Shown here in pieces: positions 55,901 to 63,793 of a stretch of DNA of 64,000 bases. Below the pieces are notes generated by a model. It was not told where the DNA came from. It ran no database searches and saw nothing but the letters and a program-made list of their open reading frames with translations. How positions within the stretch are numbered: position 1 is the stretch's first letter; each line of letters opens with the position of its first letter. Source of the stretch: Myxococcota bacterium (GTDB lineage Bacteria; Myxococcota_A; UBA9042; PHBI01; JAWLBL01); the NCBI GenBank assembly GCA_041687695.1, contig JAWLBL010000025.1, positions 76,129 through 140,128 on the forward strand. Direction: 5' to 3'. The translations under genes and the position numbers were made by a program.

Positions 55901-56448
55901 AGAGCCTGGCCGTCCTCGACCCGCTCGATCTCGGCGCCGACCGCGGCCCGGTGGGGCTGGCGGTCACGGGCGCCGGCCACGTGTTCACGATGAACCAGTG
56001 CGAGAGCACCGTCACCCGGCTCGACCCGGCCACGGGGTCGGTCCTCGGCACCGCGCCGGTGGGCGCCGGGCCGCTGGCCTACGGTGACCCGTCCGGCGCC
56101 GCCCTCAAGCTCGACGGCACCCACCAGGGCTACTACCGCCAGATCTTCGAGGGCTGGCCGCTCAGCGGCACGTCTTGGGACCAGCTCATCCTGCAGGCCA
56201 AGCTGCCGGGCGCCGGCAAGACCTCGGTCTCCCTGCGCTACCGCTTCGCCGCCAGCGCCGCCGCCTTGCCCGCGGCCGCCTGGCAGGGCCCCTTCGGCCC
56301 GTACCCGCCCGCGGCCTTCCCGCTGGTCCTCGGCGAGACCACCGGCCCGGGCGCCGCGCTCGAGGTCGAGGTCACGCTGAAGACGACCGACCCCGCGGTC
56401 GTCCCGACCCTCGAGCGCATCTCCATCATCGCCTCCGAGGTCCCCTGA
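52957..56448 (+). CDS. Cys/Asp-repeat surface lipoprotein with thrombospondin type 3-like Ca motifs and Vgb/NHL-like beta-propeller
   Basis: GGAGG before GTG 52957; lipobox SLGC; same N-terminal Cys module as the two giant proteins; DTDGDG.ADC.D.D.DGDG motifs; propeller blades VAVDDAGDVWV, LAVDPYGNVWL. Confidence 0.82.
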   Translation: MSHGRTAETFAPRPEPVFGVAARHGRWRALLVVLSALAFGATSLGCGDESGGEPGSDDVGDAKADDTADAAADAAVDAADEDAVVPGSFGQPCTGSDDCLSGWCVAGPDGLVCTESCVSTCPDDWQCREIKSASGDPVFICINPMAELCHPCANDADCNKTVVGGGNRCLGDDVDGRFCGVACGEEGVACPEGYACEAVTGADGEPAEQCVPTGGACECNGLAKQLSLFTGCLLDNEHGTCEGVRLCGAEGLSACDGTAPGPETCNGFDDDCDGQTDEDLAEVACTIDNAHGSCPGTERCSFGAPVCDGTPPTAEICNGKDENCDGVADDGFPDTDGDGEADCIDTDDDGDGVPDNVDCDPLDAGVYPGAPEVCNGKDDDCNGVTDDEGAEGCEPWFLDKDGDGFGNDGVATRCLCGPDALTSFTAKVGGDCNDLNGVVFPGGGELCNGQDDDCDGETDEPVDLGSCLVENEHGACPGQQTCTDGVVACDGPTPQPELCNGVDEDCDGQTDEGFPDTDGDGVADCVDFDNDNDGVPDVLDCAPTDPDIYPNAPELCNGKDDDCDDLVDEEDAQGCTEWFQDADQDGFGSDAMEAKCLCGADPLIYYTAKAQGDCNDIIPSAHPGAAEVCNGADDDCDGATDEGVASPCGTCGGLCVLEVGPNKAREFEPLATRSSAVTLNASGALVLDAAAAGTPWVWVPNTSDGTVSKLDAASGCEVARYKACSGASRVAVDRGGNAVVACVGDGRVVRIAGHPSACPDEDGDGVVATSADADGSCTIEASEQVAADECVLWTAQPDGAGSQPCDLGTAGCARAVAVDDAGDVWVGLWNSKKLYRLSPVDGATQATHTLTVRPTDMAVGQGGVLWISSRDPHALARFTVATAALKSWPAPSGTAEGLAVDPYGNVWLAGGIAGDVARFDPAAEQWQTVPAFGKGHARNVAVQAQRDGAGALTGARVFVAHHTAPSCTQAGMHRTVSVVDAQSLAVLDPLDLGADRGPVGLAVTGAGHVFTMNQCESTVTRLDPATGSVLGTAPVGAGPLAYGDPSGAALKLDGTHQGYYRQIFEGWPLSGTSWDQLILQAKLPGAGKTSVSLRYRFAASAAALPAAAWQGPFGPYPPAAFPLVLGETTGPGAALEVEVTLKTTDPAVVPTLERISIIASEVP

Positions 56449-56480
56449 CGGGCCTCCCCACCTCCCCACGGAGCCTCCTG

Positions 56481-57410
56481 ATGTCGCATCGCCCCGGACT
56501 GCTCGCCCTGACCCTGGCCGCCCTCGTCGGCTCCTCGGCGCTCGTCGACGCCGGCCCGGCGCTCGCGCAGAGCCCGAGCCCCGCGGACCGCATGCGCGCC
56601 GGCGAGCTGTTCCAGCAGGCCGAGGGCGCCATCCAGCAGCAGCGCTTCCTCGACGCCGCCGGGCTCTACGAGCAGGCCTACCGGCTCGACCCGCGGCCCG
56701 AGCTGGTCTGGAACGCGGCGCAGGCCTATGAGGCGGCGGGGCACCTGCCCGGGGCCAAGGTGCGTTACGAGGAGTTCCTGTCGCTGCCGGGCGTCGCGCC
56801 CCAGCACCGCCAGATCGCCCAGGGCCGCCTCGACGGCGTCGACGTCAAGCTGCGCCTGGAGAAGCCCAAGCCGGGCCAGGTGGCGCCCCCGCCGCTGGTC
56901 ACCGCCGGCGCGCCGCTGCCGACCCCCACGCCGGGCCCGGCGACGCCCGGCGGGATGCCGACCGGACCGGCCGTTCCCACGCCCACGCCGACGCCGCCCG
57001 CCACCGCGGGGGCCGGGGCCGGGCAGGGCACCCCGTCCAAGCAGATCGTCCGCAGCGACTCGGCCGACGGCGAGCGCCCCTACCGCGTCAGCGCCATGCA
57101 CTGCCGCTGGGTGGGCGGCCTCGGGCAGTTCCAGTCCTGCTCGACGACCCACGCCTGGGGCGGCGAGGCCAACTTCGCGGTGCGCGCGGGCGGCACGCGC
57201 GCGGCGGGCAACCTGCTGAACGTCGCCTTCGCCGAGAGCTACCGCCGCCGCCCCTACTGCAGCGTCGAGTTCGAGGACCTCGTCGCCCACCGGCGCGTGG
57301 AGGCCAAGGAGGGCGGCGTCGCGTTGCACCTGTACGGCGCCACCGGCACGTCCCTGCCGTGGAGCGACGTGACCACCTGGGTCACCATCGTCTGCCACGG
57401 CGTGGACTGA
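56481..57410 (+). CDS. Secreted TPR protein with Pro/Thr linker and small Cys-containing C-terminal domain
   Basis: Signal peptide; A..LYEQAYRLDP.PELVWNAAQAYE..A...YEEFL TPR pattern. Confidence 0.7.
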   Translation: MSHRPGLLALTLAALVGSSALVDAGPALAQSPSPADRMRAGELFQQAEGAIQQQRFLDAAGLYEQAYRLDPRPELVWNAAQAYEAAGHLPGAKVRYEEFLSLPGVAPQHRQIAQGRLDGVDVKLRLEKPKPGQVAPPPLVTAGAPLPTPTPGPATPGGMPTGPAVPTPTPTPPATAGAGAGQGTPSKQIVRSDSADGERPYRVSAMHCRWVGGLGQFQSCSTTHAWGGEANFAVRAGGTRAAGNLLNVAFAESYRRRPYCSVEFEDLVAHRRVEAKEGGVALHLYGATGTSLPWSDVTTWVTIVCHGVD

Positions 57411-57420
57411 GGCCGCGCCC

Positions 57421-57972
57421 TCACAGCTCCGCGCGTAGCCTCGCCTCTTCGGCGGCGTACATGCGCAGGGCGTCCTCGATGGTCTCGAAGGCGGCCTCCG
57501 GCCCCAGCAGCTGCTCGACGACGACGTGCTTGTTCTCGAGCGCCTTGTAGTCCTCGAAGAAGCGCCGCACCTCCTGCATGGTGTGGCGCGGCAGCTGCGT
57601 GATGTCGGTCAGGTCCCACCACCCGGGGTCGTTGACGTGGACGGCGATGACCTTGTCGTCGTGGCGCCCCTCGTCCTGCATCCGCATCACGCCGACGGCG
57701 CGCGCCTCCATGATGGCCAGCGGGACGACGGTCTCGTTGCCCAGCACCAGCACGTCCAGCGGGTCGCCGTCATCGGCCAGCGTGCGCGGGATGAAGCCGT
57801 AGTGCGCCGGGTAGATGACCGAGCTGTACAGGATGCGGTCGACGCGCAGCAGGCCGGTCGGCTTGTCCAGCTCGTACTTCACCTTGGATCCGCGTGGGAT
57901 CTCGATCACGGTGTTGAGGGTGCCGCGGGCGGCGGCGATGGGGTTCGGGATGTCGTGCCAGGGGTGCGTCAT
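57421..57972 (-). CDS. ppa: Inorganic pyrophosphatase (family I)
   Basis: IEIPRGSKVKYELDK, YGFIPRTLADDGDPLDVLV, DDKVIAV, FFEDYKALE. Confidence 0.96.
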   Translation of the reverse strand: MTHPWHDIPNPIAAARGTLNTVIEIPRGSKVKYELDKPTGLLRVDRILYSSVIYPAHYGFIPRTLADDGDPLDVLVLGNETVVPLAIMEARAVGVMRMQDEGRHDDKVIAVHVNDPGWWDLTDITQLPRHTMQEVRRFFEDYKALENKHVVVEQLLGPEAAFETIEDALRMYAAEEARLRAEL

Positions 57973-58157
57973 CGGGGCGAGCCTCGCGCCAGTGGGATGG
58001 GCGCGCCTTCTTATCGCGCCGCCCCCGTGGGATCACGAGCTTTGAGACCCCGTGTCGGCCGTGGCGGGCTGGACGGGGGCCGGGTTGACGCGCCGGGGCC
58101 GCTGGGCGATGACCGGCGGGCGCCACGTCCGTCCGCCGCCCACGCCCGGAGCCCGAC

Positions 58158-59594
58158 ATGACCTTCCCCGAGCAGCCCCTCGATCGCGACGCCGTCCTCG
58201 GCCACCTCCGCGCCCTGCACGCCGGCGACACGGACTGGCGCGACGGCCAGATGTTCGCCTACATCTACGACCCCGGCCGCGCCGCCGAGGAGGTCGCCGC
58301 CGACGCCAACCGCCTGTTCCTGGGCACCAACGCCCTCGACCCCACGGTCTTCCCCAGCGTCCTCGGCCTCGAGACCGAGCTGGTCCGCATGGTCGCCTCC
58401 CTGCTGGGCGGCGGCCCCTCCGCCGTCGGCAACTTCACCAGCGGCGGCACCGAGAGCATCATGCTGGCCGTCAAGGCCGCCCGCGACCACGCCCGCGCCC
58501 GCCGCCCCGATCTGGCGCGCCCCGAGCTGGTCCTCCCGGTCACCGCCCACGCGGCCTTCCACAAGGCCGCCGACTACCTGGGCCTCACGCCCGTCATGGT
58601 CCCCGTGGACCCGGCCACCTGCACCCCCGACCCGGACGCCATCCGCCGCGCCGTCACCGACGACACCGCGCTCATCGTCGCCTCGGCCCCGTCCTTCGCC
58701 CACGGCGTCGTCGACCCCATCGCCGACATCGGCGCCGTCGCCTTGGAGCGCGACGTCCCCTTCCACGTCGACGCCTGCGTCGGCGGCTTCCTGCTGCCCT
58801 TCTTCCGCCGCCTCGGCGCCGATGTCGCCCCCTTCGACCTCAGCGTCCCCGGCGTCACGACCCTGTCGGTCGACCTGCACAAGTACGCCTTCGCCCCGCG
58901 CGGCGCCTCGCTCCTGCTCCACCGCGACGACACGCTGCGGCGCCGGCAGATCTTCGCCTGCGCCGAGTGGACCGGCTACACGGTCGTCAACACCGCGGTG
59001 CAGAGCTCGCGATCGGCCGGCCCGCTCGCCGCCGCCTGGGCGACCGTGCGCTTCCTCGGCGGCGAAGGCTACCTGGCGCTCGCCCGCAAGACCCTCGACG
59101 CGACGCGCCGCCTCATCGCCGGCGTCGAGGCCATCGACGGCCTGTCGCTGATGGGCCGCCCCAACTTCAGCATGATCGCCGCCGTCGCCGACGGCTTCAG
59201 CGTCTTCCACGTCGTCGACGAGATGAAGGCGCGCGGCTGGACCATCCAGGCCCAGCTCGCCTACGACGAGACCCTGCCCGAGAACCTGCACTTCTCGGTC
59301 AACCCGGGCAACGCCCACCAGATCGACGCCATGCTGGCCGACCTCGCCGACGCGGTGGAGGCCGCCAAGCAGCTCCCGACCCGCACGCCCGCCTCGCAGG
59401 TCGCCGCCGCCCTGGCCACCCTGACGCCGGCCGACCTCGACGGCGGGCGGCTCGCGGCCCTGCTCGGGCAGGCCGGCCTGTCCTCCAGCGCGCTCCCCGA
59501 CCGCATGGCCTTCGTCAGCGAGCTGCTCAACGGGCTGCCCCGCACGCACCGCGAGCGGCTGCTGGTCGAGTACATCAACCAGATCTTCCGCTGA
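58158..59594 (+). CDS. PLP-dependent group II decarboxylase, sphingosine-1-phosphate lyase-like
   Basis: TSGGTESIMLAVKAARD, TAHAAFHKAA, FHVDACVGG, SVDLHKY PLP lysine. Confidence 0.85.
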   Translation: MTFPEQPLDRDAVLGHLRALHAGDTDWRDGQMFAYIYDPGRAAEEVAADANRLFLGTNALDPTVFPSVLGLETELVRMVASLLGGGPSAVGNFTSGGTESIMLAVKAARDHARARRPDLARPELVLPVTAHAAFHKAADYLGLTPVMVPVDPATCTPDPDAIRRAVTDDTALIVASAPSFAHGVVDPIADIGAVALERDVPFHVDACVGGFLLPFFRRLGADVAPFDLSVPGVTTLSVDLHKYAFAPRGASLLLHRDDTLRRRQIFACAEWTGYTVVNTAVQSSRSAGPLAAAWATVRFLGGEGYLALARKTLDATRRLIAGVEAIDGLSLMGRPNFSMIAAVADGFSVFHVVDEMKARGWTIQAQLAYDETLPENLHFSVNPGNAHQIDAMLADLADAVEAAKQLPTRTPASQVAAALATLTPADLDGGRLAALLGQAGLSSSALPDRMAFVSELLNGLPRTHRERLLVEYINQIFR

Positions 59595-59612
59595 CGCCCC
59601 CAGCCGCCGGGC

Positions 59613-59909
59613 TCAGCCCTTGCGCCGGATCGCCCGGACCAGCTCGTCCTTGTTCATCTTGCTGCGCCCCTCGATGTCCAGCTCCTTGGCGCGGTTGTAC
59701 AGCTCCTGCTTGCTGCGGTCCTCCAGCGAGCGGGTCGGGTTGCCCGTGCCCTGGGTCGTCCGGTTGGGCGTCCGCCCCTGCTCGCGCCGCTGCTTGTTGA
59801 CCGTCCGCGCCGCGATCTCCTTGGCGCGCTCGTCGCTCTTGCCGCGCTCCTTGGCGCTGTCCTTGATGTGCTCGTACTTGCGCTCGTCTTTGTTCGACCA
59901 GGACGGCAT
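59613..59909 (-). CDS. Small basic protein with C-terminal Rho-N-like helical motif
   Basis: WSNKDERKYEHIK..EIAARTVNKQR..SKQELYNRAKELDIEGRSKMNKDEL; GAGGAGG SD. Confidence 0.8.
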   Translation of the reverse strand: MPSWSNKDERKYEHIKDSAKERGKSDERAKEIAARTVNKQRREQGRTPNRTTQGTGNPTRSLEDRSKQELYNRAKELDIEGRSKMNKDELVRAIRRKG

Positions 59910-60059
59910 CACGTTCCTCCTCGTGCCTCGCCGCGCGTCGGGTGCGGCGTCGCCATAACCGTAGGCATCACGCGGGCTTGGCAAGGACGAGGGCGGGCGC
60001 CCCCTGCGGCCGGGCCCTCAGCCTTGACCCCCTTCGAGCGCGGGGCCCATCCTGCCCGC

Positions 60060-60917
60060 ATGGAAGCAACCCGACCCGCGATCGTCATCGCGGCGCACGG
60101 CTCGAAGGCGGAAGGCTGGTCCGACGCCGTCGAGGAGTTCGCCGAGCACGTCCGCCAGACCCCCGGTGTCGCCGCTGCCTTCTCGATGGTGGCCCCGGCC
60201 TACCTCGAGGGGCCCGCGCCGCGCATCCCCGACGTCGTGCAGGTGGCCATCGAGGCCGGCTGCTCCGAGGTCCTGGTCGTCCCGCTGTTCCTGACGGTGT
60301 CGACGCACGTCAGCGAGGACCTGCCCGGCGTCCTGGGGCTGCCGGTGCCGCCCCACGTCGAGCAGCGCCTGCGCACCGAGGGGCACGAGCCGCTCGCGCC
60401 GGGGCTGCCGGTCCGGCTGCTGGACATCGGCCCGCTCGCCGAGCTGCTCGTCGCCAACGTCGAGCGCCGCGTCGCCCTGCGCGAGGCCGACCGCAAGGAG
60501 GAGGCGCTGGTCCTGGTCGCCTACGGCTCGACGCTCCACCACGACAAGTGGGAGGAGCTGATGCACGCCATGCAGATGCGGCTGCTCGAGCACGGCTACG
60601 GCTACGCCGGTCACGCCTACGTCGGGCACACGGTCGGCACGTCCCCCGAGCCCACCTCCCAGGCCATCCACCTGGCCGCCCACCAGGCCGGCATCCGCCG
60701 GGTCCACGTCGTCCCGCTGCTGGTCGGCGTGTCGAACCTGCAGACGACCGTCATCGCCGCCGCCTGCATGGACGCCGCCCGCTCCCATCCGCGCACCCAG
60801 GTCCTGTACGCCGCCGACGCCATCCTGCCGGACGGCGACCTCGCCGCGCACGTGGCCGCGGTGGCCCTCGGGGCGGTCGGCATCTTCGCGTCGCCGACCC
60901 ACGAGGCGCTCGCCTGA
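60060..60917 (+). CDS. CbiX/SirB-type sirohydrochlorin chelatase-like protein (two domains)
   Basis: IAAHGS, AYLE, VVPLFLTVSTHV.EDLP; second domain LVAYGS..VVPLL. Confidence 0.7.
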   Translation: MEATRPAIVIAAHGSKAEGWSDAVEEFAEHVRQTPGVAAAFSMVAPAYLEGPAPRIPDVVQVAIEAGCSEVLVVPLFLTVSTHVSEDLPGVLGLPVPPHVEQRLRTEGHEPLAPGLPVRLLDIGPLAELLVANVERRVALREADRKEEALVLVAYGSTLHHDKWEELMHAMQMRLLEHGYGYAGHAYVGHTVGTSPEPTSQAIHLAAHQAGIRRVHVVPLLVGVSNLQTTVIAAACMDAARSHPRTQVLYAADAILPDGDLAAHVAAVALGAVGIFASPTHEALA

Positions 60918-61021
60918 CGCCCGACCTTGACCCGAAGCCCCGGTCCGACGACGATCCGCCGTCGAACGGGCGCGCCCACCCCTGCGGCGGCGCCCCCTGA
61001 GAAGGGACAGGGTCCAGGTCC

Positions 61022-61642
61022 ATGCGCATGCTCTTCAGTCGCTCCTCCCTCCTGGCCGCCAGCGCGCTGGCCGTGCTCGGCGCCCAAGCCTGTAGCGGCG
61101 CCGACCGCAAGGACGACAAGCCGGGGTTCGTGGCCCTCGAGGTCGACGGCGACAGCGAGATCGAAAAGCTCGACCTCAACGAGGACGGCAAGCCCGAGGT
61201 CTTCCGGTACTACAACCGGCTCGGGTCGCCCGAGACGCCCCGCGAGCAGCGCGAGCGGGTCCTCGCGCGCAAGGACAGCGATCTGAACCGCGACGGCAAG
61301 ATAGACATGCGCGAGCACTACACCCGCCAGGGCCAGATCGCGCGCATCGACATCGATCTCGACTTCGACCAGAAGTTCGACGCCACCCACTTCTTCCGCG
61401 ACGGCGAGGACTTCCCCTTCCGGGTCGAGTACGTCACCGATTTTTCGGGCCAGACCGCCATCTGGAAGTTCTACAAGGCCAAGGACCTCGTCGAGCGCAA
61501 GGAGCTCGACACGACCGGCAACGGCAAGCCGGACGTCTTCGAGTACTACGACGACAAGGGCACCCTCCTGCGCGTCGGCTACGACCGCGACGGCGACGGC
61601 AAGCCCGACTACTACGAAGAGGCCGGCGACAAGAAGGGGTGA
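61022..61642 (+). CDS. Lipoprotein with repeated DxNxDG/DxDxDG Ca-binding-like hairpins
   Basis: Lipobox-like AQAC; DLNEDGKP, DLNRDGKID, DLDFDQKFD, DTTGNGKPD, DRDGDGKPD. Confidence 0.75.
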   Translation: MRMLFSRSSLLAASALAVLGAQACSGADRKDDKPGFVALEVDGDSEIEKLDLNEDGKPEVFRYYNRLGSPETPREQRERVLARKDSDLNRDGKIDMREHYTRQGQIARIDIDLDFDQKFDATHFFRDGEDFPFRVEYVTDFSGQTAIWKFYKAKDLVERKELDTTGNGKPDVFEYYDDKGTLLRVGYDRDGDGKPDYYEEAGDKKG

Positions 61643-61648
61643 GGGCGG

Positions 61649-61757
61649 GTGCTGAGGGCGGGGTAGCTGCGTACTGAGGGTGGGGTAGCTGGGTACTGAG
61701 GGTTGGGTAGCTGCGTACTGAGGGTGGGGTAGCTGGGTGCTGGGCTGGCGTAGCTGG
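61649..61757. repeat. G-rich tandem repeat, 22-bp unit x4 plus one degenerate copy
   Basis: GTRCTGAGGGYKGGGTAGCTGS at 61649, 61671, 61693, 61715. Confidence 0.9.
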
Positions 61758-61880
61758 GTGCTGGGGTTCAGCGGGGCTGCGGTACGTGGGTGCTGGGGTT
61801 CAGCGGGGCTGCGGTACGTGGGTGCTGGGGTTCAGCGGGGCTGCGGTACGTGGGTGCTGGGGTTCAGCGGGGCTGCGGTA
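61758..61880. repeat. G-rich tandem repeat, 32-bp unit x3.8
   Basis: GTGCTGGGGTTCAGCGGGGCTGCGGTACGTGG at 61758, 61790, 61822 and partial at 61854. Confidence 0.92.
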
Positions 61881-62140
61881 GCCTCCGCTGCGGCCGGCCT
61901 CAAGGGCTTTGTCCCCCTTGGCCGACCTGACGGCCGGCCAATTCCTCGCGGACGACAAAGCCCTCGACCCCTGCCTCCGCTGCGGCTGAGTGGCTGATAT
62001 CGGCCCGGAAGGGGGCCTTCCGGGCCGCTTCGCGTCCCGGCGCGGCGCTGAGGGGCCGAGAGCCTGAACCCGGCCGCCCAGCGAGCTCCCCTCGCGGGTC
62101 GAGCCTGGTCGTCGTGTGCCGGCATGGACGGCGACTCGAC
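61881..62140. other. Hairpin-dense non-coding tract (candidate structured RNA/ssDNA element)
   Basis: Stems 61903-61913/61954-61964, 61918-61924/61935-61941, 62001-62012/62016-62027, 62081-62095, 62098-62140; 14-bp direct repeat at 61881 and 61973. Confidence 0.45.
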
Positions 62141-62159
62141 AATTAAACAAGCATCCAGT

Positions 62160-62281
62160 TCGCCGTCCCGGGGCGGAAGCTCGTCCTCCCGGGGCGGAAG
62201 CTCGTCCTCCCGGGGCGGAAGCTCGTCGTCCCGGGGCGGAAGTCGTCGTCCCGGGGCGGAAGTCGTCGTCCCGGGGCGGAG
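62160..62281. repeat. Tandem array of a 20-21-bp imperfect palindrome, six copies, immediately 3' of the HNH gene
   Basis: TCCCGGGGCGGA at 62166, 62187, 62208, 62229, 62249, 62269. Confidence 0.92.
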
Positions 62282-62282
62282 G

Positions 62283-63536
62283 TCATCCACGAGCTGCTCG
62301 CCCGGACCGACGGTCGCCCCTTTCGTCCCGGGGCGGAAGGGACTTGGCGCGCCGCTCGCCGACCTTGTCGGCGACGAACCCGGCCCCCAGCTCCTGGCGG
62401 GTGATGAGCAGATTGTGGGCCTGACAGACGACCCGGATGTTGTCGACCGAGTGAGCGCCGCCCCTGGCGAAGGCCTCGTCGTGATGCAGCTCCAGCCGGC
62501 GGGTCTCCGTGCACCGTCCTCCCGGGCCCTCAAAGGTGCACCGCAACCCGTCCCGCTCCACGACGGCCCGCTTGACCTCGGCCGGGATGGCGCGGCTGCG
62601 ATCGGTCGGCGCCGACTTCGACGGGTCGGTTTCCGTTGCGACCGACTCGTCCGCCACGGCCACGCTCTCGGCCGACTCTCCGGCCATGGTCACGCTCTCG
62701 CCCGACTCGTCCGCCACGGCCACGACGCTCTCGGCCGACTCTCCGGCCGTGGCCACGCTCACGCCCGACTCGGACGCCTTCACGATGACCTTCTTCGTCC
62801 GTCGCTTGGCCCCGACCCCGAAGCGCTGCTTCTTCTTCGTGGCCAGGAAGACGTCCAGGGCCATCTCCAAGAGCGTCTCGTAGTCTCCGGACGCGACCTG
62901 ATGCCCGGCCAGCGCCATGGCCTCCTCGAGCTTCGCCGCCACCCGCGCGCCCACGGTCACCTGCACCCGATACCGACTCTCAGACAGCGGCTCGACCCGG
63001 TGCTTCGGCTTCGGCTGCTCCAGCGTCAGCTCGGTCGCCGGCCTCGCTTCGGTCCGCTTGGGCGCCTCCGCCCGCGCTCCGCCCCGGGGCGGAGGCAACT
63101 TGAACACCCGCGCCGGCGCATCAGGCCGCGGCGACCACTTGGCCACCAGCTCGGCCAGCTCCCGCTTGCTCTTCCCGGCGGCCTCGGCCAGCCGCTCGCC
63201 GACGTTCTCGTCGCCCAGATGCGGCCCAATCACCCGCACCCCGCTCAGGTTCAGCCGCCCATCGGCCAACATGGCGCCCATCTCGGGCCACCGCCGCACC
63301 CACCCGACGGCCTTCACATAGTTGTAGGCCTTGTCCTCACCAAAGCCCCACCGCGTCCGGCACCACTCGAACAGCGACGGGCTGCCATCGCAAAGGTGAA
63401 GCTCCCTGGCCTCGACCTCGGCCAGATGAACGACCAGATTGGCCGTCGTCCGCCGCTCCAGAACGACCAGCTCACCGACCCGCCCAAGCAGCCGCTCGTC
63501 GGACAACTTCCCCAGCACTTCCAAGCCCTTGCTCAT
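62283..63536 (-). CDS. HNH endonuclease with DUF222-like helical N-terminal region
   Basis: GGAGG before ATG 63536; LSDERLL..ERRTTANLVVHLAEVEARELH..SLFEWC; C-terminal RAIPAEVKRAVVERDGLRC..RC..LELHHDEAFARGG..DNIRVVCQAHN. Confidence 0.88.
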   Translation of the reverse strand: MSKGLEVLGKLSDERLLGRVGELVVLERRTTANLVVHLAEVEARELHLCDGSPSLFEWCRTRWGFGEDKAYNYVKAVGWVRRWPEMGAMLADGRLNLSGVRVIGPHLGDENVGERLAEAAGKSKRELAELVAKWSPRPDAPARVFKLPPPRGGARAEAPKRTEARPATELTLEQPKPKHRVEPLSESRYRVQVTVGARVAAKLEEAMALAGHQVASGDYETLLEMALDVFLATKKKQRFGVGAKRRTKKVIVKASESGVSVATAGESAESVVAVADESGESVTMAGESAESVAVADESVATETDPSKSAPTDRSRAIPAEVKRAVVERDGLRCTFEGPGGRCTETRRLELHHDEAFARGGAHSVDNIRVVCQAHNLLITRQELGAGFVADKVGERRAKSLPPRDERGDRRSGRAARG

Positions 63537-63563
63537 CCCGCAGCCCTCCCAATCGAGGCCTGC

Positions 63564-63572
63564 AGCATAACA
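63564..63572 (-). promoter_or_regulatory. Putative extended -10 element of the HNH gene
   Basis: Minus strand TG-T-TATGCT about 28 nt upstream of the ATG, followed by a GGGAGG SD. Confidence 0.35.
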
Positions 63573-63793
63573 CGGGGGTCTCACTCCCCTCGGAGCACCC
63601 CCTGGACGGCCGTTCAGCCCTCTCGGACGACTCGCGACGACCCTCACCCCGGATCAGGGCCCTGTGAAGCCAGCCAGAGGCCTCCCAGACCCTCCCTTGG
63701 CACGACCCCGGATCGACCAGAGCGCGCCCCATAAATCCGTCAACAACTATTTGCGTCCTGGCCGCGTCCGGATGTCGTTTTTTCGGCCCCTCC

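Noticed and set aside
58042..58055. TTGAGACCCCGTGT resembling the sequence upstream of the HNH promoter (GTGAGACCCCCGTGT)
   Set aside because: Two short imperfect matches are not enough to claim a shared regulatory motif
61737..62533. Short ORFs across the repeat and hairpin tract (61737-61997, 61800-62150, 61832-62533) and 63740-63982
   Set aside because: Translations merely mirror the DNA repeats; no SD or domain evidence
62283..63536. IscB/Cas9-like or group II intron-encoded protein
   Set aside because: No PLMP, split RuvC or reverse-transcriptase motifs are visible; only a C-terminal HNH
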